Below are positions 40,018 through 47,112 of a DNA stretch of 64,000 nt, one piece after another. Position 1 is the stretch's first letter, and each line of letters starts with the position of its first letter. The notes below the pieces were generated by a model. That model did not search any database and had not been told where the DNA came from. It saw nothing but the letters and a program-made list of their open reading frames with translations. This stretch comes from an uncultured Eubacteriales bacterium (GTDB lineage: Bacteria > Bacillota > Clostridia > Oscillospirales > UBA644): the NCBI GenBank assembly GCA_934501435.1, contig CAKSTW010000007.1:1347-65346 (forward strand), read 5' to 3'. Both the position numbers and the translations under genes were made by a program.

Positions 40018-41163
40018 ATGAACAGATTTGTTTTGAACGAAACTTCTTATCACGGTTCCGGTGCGATAAAAGAAATTGCAACCGAAATCAAAGCGAGAGC
40101 TTTTAAGAAAGCGCTTGTCGCTTCCGACCCCGATCTTATCAAATTCGGAGTCACCAAAAAAGTTACCGACATTCTCGATAAAGAAAATATCCCTTACGAG
40201 ATATTCTCCGATATAAAACCCAACCCGACCATAGACAACGTTCAGCACGGCGTTAAAGTTTTCAAGGAATGCGGCGCCGACTGTATCGTCGCTATCGGCG
40301 GAGGAAGCTCGATGGATACCGCAAAGGCTATCGGAATTATCATAAATAACCCCGAATTCTCCGATGTCAAGAGCCTTGAGGGCGTTGCTCCGACAAAGAA
40401 TAAGGCAGTTCCCATCATCGCAGTTCCGACAACCGCGGGAACCGCCGCCGAAGTCACGATAAACTACGTTATAACCGACGCCGAAAATAACAGAAAAATG
40501 GTTTGCGTAGACGTTCACGATATCCCCGTCGTCGCAGTCGTCGACCCCGATATGATGTCCACAATGCCGAAAGGTCTTACCGCCGCAACGGGTATGGACG
40601 CTCTTACCCACGCGATCGAAGGATATATCACGAAAGGCGCATGGGCGCTTTCCGATATGTTCCATCTTAAAGCGATCGAAATAATTTCGCAGTCTCTCCG
40701 CGGTGCCGTTGAAAACACCAAAGAGGGCAGAGAAGGCATGGCTCTCGGACAGTATGTCGCAGGTATGGGATTTTCGAACGTCGGTCTCGGTATCGTCCAC
40801 TCGATGGCTCACCCCCTCGGAGCGCTTTACGATACTCCCCACGGCGTTGCAAACGCCATAATCCTTCCGACCGTTATGGAATATAACGCTCCCGCAACGG
40901 GCGATAAGTATAAGTATATCGCAAAGGCAATGGGCGTTGAAGGTACCGAAAACATGACCGTCGAAGAATACAGAAAAGCCGCTATCGACGCCGTAAAGAA
41001 ACTTTCGAAAGACGTCGGAATCCCGGCAGACCTCAAGGAAATAGTCAAGAGAGAAGACCTCGACTTCCTTTCCGAATCCGCTTTTGCCGACGCCTGCCGT
41101 CCCGGAAACCCGAGAGACACCTCGGTCGCAGAGATCAAAGCTCTTTATGAGTCACTTCTCTAA
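40018..41163 (+). CDS. iron-containing (group III) alcohol dehydrogenase, lactaldehyde/propanediol reductase-like
   Basis: Start trimmed to MNRFVLNETSYHG after AAAGGAGA. Has GGGSSMDTAKA and HSMAHPLG motifs. Confidence 0.85.
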   Translation: MNRFVLNETSYHGSGAIKEIATEIKARAFKKALVASDPDLIKFGVTKKVTDILDKENIPYEIFSDIKPNPTIDNVQHGVKVFKECGADCIVAIGGGSSMDTAKAIGIIINNPEFSDVKSLEGVAPTKNKAVPIIAVPTTAGTAAEVTINYVITDAENNRKMVCVDVHDIPVVAVVDPDMMSTMPKGLTAATGMDALTHAIEGYITKGAWALSDMFHLKAIEIISQSLRGAVENTKEGREGMALGQYVAGMGFSNVGLGIVHSMAHPLGALYDTPHGVANAIILPTVMEYNAPATGDKYKYIAKAMGVEGTENMTVEEYRKAAIDAVKKLSKDVGIPADLKEIVKREDLDFLSESAFADACRPGNPRDTSVAEIKALYESLL

Positions 41164-41182
41164 TCCTATAAAATAAAAACCG

Positions 41183-41214
41183 AGCCTTTCCCGATTTTTC
41201 GGGAAAGGCTTTTT
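41183..41214 (+). terminator. intrinsic terminator after the adh gene
   Basis: 12-bp stem AGCCTTTCCCGA/TCGGGAAAGGCT with a TTTT loop and a trailing T-run. Confidence 0.7.
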
Positions 41215-41228
41215 ACCCCGGAGGAAAA

Positions 41229-42032
41229 ATGGACATAAAACAACTTTTCACCGAATACGCCGTAAAATACGGGCTTCGGATAATCGTCGCCGTTTTAATT
41301 CTGTTTATCGGCTTCAAAATGGTAAACGTCCTGACGAACGCGATAAGAAAAAAGAAAAAACTTCACTTAAAAGACGAAACGACCTACAAGTTCCTTTTGA
41401 ATATCCTGTCAATATCTCTTAAAGTCGTCGTCTTTATCATAACCGCGTCGATCGTCGGGATCCCGTCGGCGTCCCTTGTAGCGCTGCTCGGCTCTGTCGG
41501 CGTCGCCGTCGGTCTTGCGCTGCAGGGCGGACTTTCAAACCTTGCGGGCGGCGCTATGCTCGTCTTTTTCAGACCTTATGCAATAGGCGATTATATCGTC
41601 GTCGGAAGTCAGGAGGGGACAGTCGCCGATATCGGAATTTTCTATACGACCCTCATTTCAATGGAAAACCGAAAAATAGTAATTCCGAACAGCCTTGTGA
41701 TAGGCAATTCCGTAAAGAACTGCACCTGCGTGGAAGAACTGCGGATAATTCTCGATATTACCGCGTCTTATAACGACAAAATTCCCGAAGTCAAAAAAGT
41801 GCTCGCGGAAGTCGCCGCCGCGGAACCTCTCGTCTTAAAGGAAAAGCCCGTCGATATTCTTGTAACGGAACATTCCGAAAGCAGTATAAAATACTCGTTC
41901 CGCTGCTGGTGCAAAACTCCTGATTTCTGGGAATGCCGCAGCAGACTTCTCGAAAGCGTGAAACGCCGTTTCGACGAAGAGGGAATCGAAATTCCGTATA
42001 ACAAACTTGACGTAAACATTCTGAATAAATGA
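41229..42032 (+). CDS. small-conductance mechanosensitive channel (MscS family)
   Basis: 267 aa with three N-terminal TM helices. Has the conserved FRPYAIGDYIVVGSQEGTVADIGIFYT beta-domain segment. Confidence 0.8.
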   Translation: MDIKQLFTEYAVKYGLRIIVAVLILFIGFKMVNVLTNAIRKKKKLHLKDETTYKFLLNILSISLKVVVFIITASIVGIPSASLVALLGSVGVAVGLALQGGLSNLAGGAMLVFFRPYAIGDYIVVGSQEGTVADIGIFYTTLISMENRKIVIPNSLVIGNSVKNCTCVEELRIILDITASYNDKIPEVKKVLAEVAAAEPLVLKEKPVDILVTEHSESSIKYSFRCWCKTPDFWECRSRLLESVKRRFDEEGIEIPYNKLDVNILNK

Positions 42033-42057
42033 AAAGATGCCCGTTGGGGCATCTTTT

Positions 42058-42540
42058 TTACTTTTTGAACACTTTGTATTTATCGACTGCGAAATAAAGT
42101 ATCATTCCCAGAATTCCGCAGGAAATTATCTCTCCCGCGCCGACCGTTCCGACCATGAAAAGATATGCGTCGGGCGCTCCGTAGACATAGCGTAAAACAA
42201 GCGGCACAACGATCACGTTTGAAATTATCGGCGGCAGAGAAACGAGCCATTTCCTTTTTCTTAAAAGATACGTTCCGACAGCCCCGATAAGGGTCGCGAG
42301 ACTTCCGAAAACGACGTCGAGAAAAAGTCCTCCCGAAAGCAGATTCGAAAGAATACAGCCGATAAACAGCCCCGGGATCGCCGCAGGGGTGAATGCCGGC
42401 AAAACTGTCAGCGCTTCGGAGATCCTTACCTGAATTACGCCGCTTGAAAGTCCGAACATACTCGAAACAAGCGTCAGAACGACATAAAGAGCCGCAACAG
42501 ACGCGGCGGTCGCGACATAGACCGCTTTTGATTTTTTCAT
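42058..42540 (-). CDS. queT: QueT-family queuosine-precursor transporter
   Basis: 160-aa membrane protein. The segment VIQVRISEALTVLPAFTPAAIPGLFIGCILSNL is characteristic of QueT as I recall it. Confidence 0.75.
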   Translation of the reverse strand: MKKSKAVYVATAASVAALYVVLTLVSSMFGLSSGVIQVRISEALTVLPAFTPAAIPGLFIGCILSNLLSGGLFLDVVFGSLATLIGAVGTYLLRKRKWLVSLPPIISNVIVVPLVLRYVYGAPDAYLFMVGTVGAGEIISCGILGMILYFAVDKYKVFKK

Positions 42541-42600
42541 AAAATCATTCCTTTATATGATATTTTGCGGTTTTCTATGTCACCTTGAAAATCCGTCTGT

Positions 42601-42629
42601 ATTGTAGCACATTTTTTTATTAAAATCAA
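42601..42629 (-). promoter_or_regulatory. sigma-A type promoter of queT
   Basis: The minus strand reads TTGATT-17 nt-TACAAT with TGTGC upstream of the -10. This predicts a 5' UTR of about 54 nt. Confidence 0.5.
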
Positions 42630-42694
42630 TGTTTTTTTTGAAAACTGTATATCGGTTTTTATTTTCGGCAATATTATGAGCGAAAGGTGATGTT

Positions 42695-43351
42695 ATGAAA
42701 AACAAAATTTTCGCTCTTATTCTTGTGATATTTAACGTTCTGGCTCTCTTTTCTCTGCCGACGGTCTGCGAAACGGAGGACCCGACTTTTGAAAACAACG
42801 GCATGTTTTTACGCCTCCATGTCCGCGCCGACAGCGACGGCGAATTCGCGCAGGCGGTAAAATTAAAGGTCAGGGACTCGGTGCTTTCCGTTACTTCCGA
42901 ACTTCTGAAAGATTGCAAAACAAAAGACGAAGCGATGAAGATAATTTCGGAAAATACCTATAATATAAAGAAAGCAGCGTCAAAAACGCTCGAAGAAAAC
43001 GAATGTTATCTTCCCGTTTCTGTCGAAATAAAAAAGGAACGTTTCGAATACAGGGAATACGACGGGTTTTTTCTTCCCGAAGACGTTTACGACAGCCTTA
43101 TCGTCTCGATAGGCAGCGGAGAAGGGCATAACTGGTGGTGCGTGGTCTTCCCGGCGGTCTGCCTTTCGGGTTCTTCCGCCGAAGAAAAGGTCGAAAAGAA
43201 AACGGACGGAGATTCCGTTCCCGCGTCGGTCGAAGTCGATATTTCGGCTGTCCCCGAAGAATACCGCCTTGCAAAAGACCCCGTTCCCGAAAAGGTCGTT
43301 TACGATTTCTGGATAGTCCGCTTTTTCAAAAACCTGTTCGGAATAAAATAA
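42695..43351 (+). CDS. spoIIR: stage II sporulation protein R
   Basis: 218 aa with a signal/anchor segment. Has LRLHVRADSD and GEGHNWWCVVFP motifs typical of SpoIIR. Confidence 0.85.
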   Translation: MKNKIFALILVIFNVLALFSLPTVCETEDPTFENNGMFLRLHVRADSDGEFAQAVKLKVRDSVLSVTSELLKDCKTKDEAMKIISENTYNIKKAASKTLEENECYLPVSVEIKKERFEYREYDGFFLPEDVYDSLIVSIGSGEGHNWWCVVFPAVCLSGSSAEEKVEKKTDGDSVPASVEVDISAVPEEYRLAKDPVPEKVVYDFWIVRFFKNLFGIK

Positions 43352-43842
43352 TATATGTAGACAGAAGAAACAGACTTTGTCCGACAATGCCTTTTTTACG
43401 GCGGCAGTCCTGCTGTGTGCAAAGGTTGTTTCTGTTCCTATACAGCCTGTGCGGAGAGGCAACGCTCCGCGTTGCGGTCGCCCTCGTCTTCGCCGGGGGC
43501 GACCGTTTTTCGCCTGCGAAAAATCCGCTCCGCACAACATCAGACTGAATTCCCTGATTTTAACCCCGATTATCAACCGAACGCCCAATCGAAGACCGCT
43601 CGTCCCGATTGCCGCCATATTTATCCGCCGCTCACATAGACTAGCCTGAAAACCCGATTTTATTTCTTCTTGTCCGCCGCGCCGTCGAACCCAAAGCGGA
43701 AATCTCTGAATATAAACCCCTCCCGCCGCTCCTGACCCGGGACCGAAAATCCGGCTTGCCCCCTCACCGCCGCGCCGTCCCCTATATTTCTCTCCGATTT
43801 GCTCTCTTCTCAAAAAAATAAAAAAAATTTTTCAAAAACCTC

Positions 43843-43895
43843 TTGACAAATAAAAATTTTGTGATATAATATCAATAACGATAATCATTATCGTT
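43843..43895 (+). promoter_or_regulatory. promoter plus perfect 9-1-9 inverted repeat (Fur/PerR-type box) ahead of the Fur-family gene
   Basis: TTGACA (43843-43848), a 16-nt spacer, then TGaTATAAT (-10 at 43865-43870). This is followed by AACGATAAT-c-ATTATCGTT at 43877-43895, which contains the GATAATnATTATC core. Confidence 0.65.
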
Positions 43896-43911
43896 TTATT
43901 TGGAGGAGCAA

Positions 43912-44280
43912 ATGAAAAAACACTCAAGACAAAGGGACTCTGTCTATGCGGCGGTCTGCCGTACGGTCCTTCACCCGACAGCAGCAACCGTCTTCCGTGA
44001 AGTGTCCGGGGAAATTCCGAATATAAGCCTTGCGACGGTCTACCGAAATCTTTCCGATCTGTGCGACGACGGCAAACTTATAAGAATAGTTTCGGACGAC
44101 GGTGTAACGCATTATGACGCGAATGTCGAAAGACACCACCACCTGACCTGCAGCGAATGCGGAACGGTCGTCGATGTCCCGATACAGCTCAATATTGATA
44201 TCTCTTCGGTCACCGACTGTAAAATTACCGATTATGAGGTCATGTTTTACGGAAAATGTCCGAATTGCTCAAAAAAATAA
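43912..44280 (+). CDS. Fur-family transcriptional regulator, likely peroxide-responsive (PerR-like)
   Basis: Start trimmed to MKKHSRQRDSV (GGAGGAG lies 4 nt upstream). Has an HHHLTCSECG...CPNC structural-zinc pattern. The PerR assignment rests on operon context with rubrerythrin and rubredoxin. Confidence 0.8.
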   Translation: MKKHSRQRDSVYAAVCRTVLHPTAATVFREVSGEIPNISLATVYRNLSDLCDDGKLIRIVSDDGVTHYDANVERHHHLTCSECGTVVDVPIQLNIDISSVTDCKITDYEVMFYGKCPNCSKK

Positions 44281-44307
44281 TATATTTACTTTATGGAGGT
44301 TTTGAAA

Positions 44308-44886
44308 ATGAAAAAATTTGTATGTCCTGTTTGCGGTTATGTCCACGAGGGAGACACCCCTCCCGAATTCTGCCCGGTATGTAAAGTTCCCGGTTCGAAA
44401 TTCATCGAAGTCACAGGCGAAATGAAACTTGCCGCAGAGCACGTTTTCGGGGTCGGAACAAAACTCGACGGCGTTCCCGAAGAAGATAAGGCGTATATCC
44501 TCGAGCAGCTCAAAGCGAACTTCGCGGGTGAGTGCAGCGAAGTCGGAATGTACCTTTGCATGGCGCGTATCGCTCACAGAGAAGGCTATCCCGAAATAGG
44601 TCTTTACTGGGAAAAAGCCGCTTACGAAGAGGCTGAACACGCCGCAAAATTTGCGGAACTTCTCGGTTCCGATCTTGAACCGAATATGACGACGTCCACC
44701 GAAAAGAACCTTAAATGGAGAGTTGACTGCGAATACGGCGCAACTCAGGGTAAATTCGACCTTGCGGCGTGCGCAAAGAAAAACGGACTTGACGCAATTC
44801 ACGATACCGTTCACGAAATGGCTCGCGACGAAGCCCGCCACGGAAAAGCGTTCGAAGGTCTTCTCAAGAGATATTTCGGTAAATAA
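44308..44886 (+). CDS. reverse rubrerythrin (N-terminal rubredoxin-like CxxC pairs, C-terminal ferritin-like domain)
   Basis: Start MKKFVCPVCGY after GGAGG. Has CPVCG...CPVCK followed by EAEHAAKF and EARHGKAF di-iron motifs. Confidence 0.85.
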   Translation: MKKFVCPVCGYVHEGDTPPEFCPVCKVPGSKFIEVTGEMKLAAEHVFGVGTKLDGVPEEDKAYILEQLKANFAGECSEVGMYLCMARIAHREGYPEIGLYWEKAAYEEAEHAAKFAELLGSDLEPNMTTSTEKNLKWRVDCEYGATQGKFDLAACAKKNGLDAIHDTVHEMARDEARHGKAFEGLLKRYFGK

Positions 44887-44888
44887 TT

Positions 44889-45086
44889 ATGGAAAACTAC
44901 ACCGTTTGTCATTGCAAAAAAGTGACTTATGCCGATATTGAGAACGCGCTTGTCACCGAAACGCATTTTGAAAATGTCGAAAAGGCATTTGAAGATGTTC
45001 AGAAAATAACTCATTGCTCGACAGGCTGCGGCGGCTGCCACGGTAAGATCCTTGATATAATCTCACAGATAATGATGAATAAATAA
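44889..45086 (+). CDS. BFD-like [2Fe-2S]-binding domain protein
   Basis: 65 aa with the CHC...CSTGCGGC cysteine pattern. Confidence 0.7.
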   Translation: MENYTVCHCKKVTYADIENALVTETHFENVEKAFEDVQKITHCSTGCGGCHGKILDIISQIMMNK

Positions 45087-45097
45087 GGAGAAAAACT

Positions 45098-45250
45098 ATG
45101 AAATACATTTGTCCCTGCGGATATGAATACGACCCTGCGGTCGGAGATCCCGAAAACGGAATCGCTCCCGGAACTGCCTGGGAAGACGTTCCCGAAGATT
45201 GGGTCTGCCCCGTCTGCGGTCTCGGAAAAGACGCATTCGACGCCGAATAA
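45098..45250 (+). CDS. rubredoxin (50 aa, below the ORF-track length cut-off)
   Basis: ATG at 45098 lies 7 nt after AAGGAGA. Translation: [50 protein letters not shown]. Followed by hairpin GGACAGGCACCGCATGTGTCTGTCC plus a T-run. Confidence 0.8.
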   Translation: MKYICPCGYEYDPAVGDPENGIAPGTAWEDVPEDWVCPVCGLGKDAFDAE

Positions 45251-45291
45251 AACATAAAACAAAGGACAGGCACCGCATGTGTCTGTCCTTT
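45161..45291 (+). repeat. direct repeat copy A (3' 90 nt of rubredoxin plus its terminator)
   Basis: My hand alignment gives 126 of 131 identical positions with 46826-46956. Confidence 0.9.
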
Positions 45292-46825
45292 TTCTGTCAG
45301 TCGAATATGTTATCTTCAAGCAATTCTCTTGCGAACACCAAGAGGGTGGGAATATAGCGCGGAGCTTTAGCCTCGCGCCGTATAGTTTTTATTCTTCAAA
45401 GATATAGTCCAAATCGTTAATATAATCACGCGCTTTGTTCTTATAATCATTGATTGTACCTTTTACCTGCTCAAAAGACCCTGTCGGATTTTGACAGAAA
45501 TCAAAGAACGAACTCGTTGTAGTGTAATATCCCTTTAAGTTCGGATAATGTTCATAGTCAGAATATTTTTCACTCAGTTCCTTCATCTGTGCCTTTGCTG
45601 CGTCTAAGGCTGTTTGTGCTTTTTCAGCTTTACCATTAACGATATAAGCACCATTAACTACCATTATACAAAATGAAAAAAGGTTATCTTCCATCATACC
45701 AAAAATTATGTTTGTATTCTCAGTAATTGTCTTTTTATCCTCGTCAGATATTTCAGACCAATCTCTGCCTTTCGATTTTGCTATCACATAGCCAACGCCC
45801 TCTTTGAGTTCATTTTTACTCAAAGAAAGTTTCGTAGCAAGATGTGCAACACCATCTTTAAGGATTTTATCATCATCATAAATGCCTAACCGCCATGCTT
45901 CGTAAATATCACTGCCATATTGTTCTGTGATTTCGTATGCAATATCAATATTAACATACGCAGCTTTTGAAGCTTCAAAAGCCTTTTTGTTTCCACCACC
46001 GCAAGCAGTCATAGAAACACACATTACTAATACCAAAATGATTGCTGTTAGTTTTTTCATTGTCTTTCATCTCCCTATGTATTGTTCTGTATTAAATTGT
46101 TGACCGCAAGCCGCACATCTGAGGAACGCCTTTCATTTGCACCTACTTTGATTCTGTGCTTGTGCCACGTCATACGCTGTGACCACCAATGGCATAGTTT
46201 CCAAGTTGAGCATACAAGCGGTGATTTGCACGATTTCTTGCGGCGTTACACGCGTGTGCCTATTATTTCTTGCAGGAACGGCAGCAGGATAGGATCAGCG
46301 GGAGTGGCAACAGGCGTATCAGTAGCCTTTCTTGCACGAGTGCTGGTCTTTGCGTTTGTCAGTGTCAGTAAACGGTTGCCGGTGTCGGCTATTGCTTTTC
46401 TTAGGAATGCTTGATACAGTCAAGCATTTTCACAGATTCAGCACAATACTTCTGCAATTTTTTGTTTTCCTCTGCAACTTCTTAAAGAAGTTGTCGGGAA
46501 TAATGATAATGTCTCTGTCAAGGTCGATAGTAACGCGCGTATCGTTTTTTTCTCCTGTAAATAAAAAATGTGCGAATTGTGTCTTAATAACGTGAAATTG
46601 TGTACCCGACTATATTATATATATATTCTGTCAATAGTTTTTGCACAATTTATCAAAATAAATCTTAAAACACCTATTTTAGTGGAAATACATCTTATTT
46701 TGTTGAATTAAGCTGTATTATGACCGATTAACGCTTATTCCCAAGAACCAAGACAAAATAAGTCCTGCGGCAGCGGGAACGGCGGAAATAAGATTTCGTT
46801 TAACGGGAGGAATTCCCCCGCACGC
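45292..46825. other. low-GC insert bounded by the 131-bp direct repeats (possible remnant of an integrated element)
   Basis: Composition shift: 15/60 G+C by hand count in 45661-45720, versus 31/60 in flanking 44401-44460. Contains one intact lipoprotein gene and about 0.7 kb with no intact ORF. No recombinase gene is visible. Confidence 0.5.
45389..46060 (-). CDS. hypothetical lipoprotein
   Basis: 223 aa. Signal peptide with a lipobox (MKKLTAIILVLVMCVSMTAC-GG). A/T-rich codon usage unlike the neighbouring genes. Confidence 0.7.
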   Translation of the reverse strand: MKKLTAIILVLVMCVSMTACGGGNKKAFEASKAAYVNIDIAYEITEQYGSDIYEAWRLGIYDDDKILKDGVAHLATKLSLSKNELKEGVGYVIAKSKGRDWSEISDEDKKTITENTNIIFGMMEDNLFSFCIMVVNGAYIVNGKAEKAQTALDAAKAQMKELSEKYSDYEHYPNLKGYYTTTSSFFDFCQNPTGSFEQVKGTINDYKNKARDYINDLDYIFEE

Positions 46826-46915
46826 ATCGCTCCCGGAACTGCATGGGAAGACGTCCCCGAAGATTGGGTCTGCCCCGTCTGCGGTCTCGGAAAAGATGCA
46901 TTTGACGCCGAATAA
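46826..46915 (+). pseudogene. orphan 3' fragment of a rubredoxin gene
   Basis: Encodes [29 protein letters not shown] in frame. The upstream in-frame sequence has no start codon and no first CxxC knuckle. Similarity to the intact gene stops abruptly at 46826. Confidence 0.65.
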
Positions 46916-46956
46916 AACATAAAACAAAGGACAGGCACCGTATGTGTCTGTCCTTT
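46826..46956 (+). repeat. direct repeat copy B
   Basis: See copy A. The five mismatches are all single substitutions. Confidence 0.9.
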
Positions 46957-47006
46957 CGTATTTCCCGTAAAATTGTAAATTTATCATTAAATCTTGAAAC
47001 AAACGA

Positions 47007-47035
47007 TTGACACTTTGTTTTTTATGGGTTATACT
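47007..47035 (+). promoter_or_regulatory. sigma-A type promoter upstream of the EamA transporter leader
   Basis: TTGACA-17 nt-TATACT. Confidence 0.55.
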
Positions 47036-47057
47036 GAAGAAAAACGGGTGAGTACCT

Positions 47058-47094
47058 ACCGTATGTAAGGCTGTCTTGCATACGGTTTTGTTTT
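47058..47094 (+). terminator. intrinsic terminator inside the 5' leader of the EamA gene (attenuator candidate)
   Basis: Stem ACCGTATG(TAAG)/(CTTG)CATACGGT followed by TTTTGTTTT. It lies about 15 nt after the predicted TSS region and 19 nt before the ATG at 47113. Confidence 0.6.
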
Positions 47095-47112
47095 AAGAAG
47101 AGAGGAAAAAAT

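Noticed and set aside
42980-43813. A 277-aa minus-strand ORF spanning the spoIIR 3' half and the GC-rich region.
   Set aside because: It overlaps the well-supported spoIIR gene in antisense. The rest is low-complexity (RRGGEGASRIFGPGSGAAGG..., RPRRRRGRPQRG), typical of GC-rich non-coding DNA.
43352-43842. Whether the GC-rich intergenic region is tmRNA, SRP RNA, RNase P RNA or a cobalamin or c-di-AMP riboswitch.
   Set aside because: The minus strand has GGGGACGG... and a GGGTTCGACGG segment that superficially recall tmRNA. However, there is no GGGG 8-12 nt upstream of the TTCGAC, no 3' tRNA-like T-arm/CCA end and no tag ORF. There is also no GAGGAAAGUCC (RNase P), no GGUCCGGAAGGAAGCAGC-type SRP domain IV and no B12 box. 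It is kept only as an unclassified candidate in the findings.
46082-46595. Plus-strand ORFs 46082-46414 (110 aa) and 46332-46595 (87 aa) inside the insert.
   Set aside because: They have no ribosome-binding sites and give Cys/Arg/Leu-rich, non-protein-like translations. One starts within the other's frame region. The minus strand shows better, though broken, coding signal.
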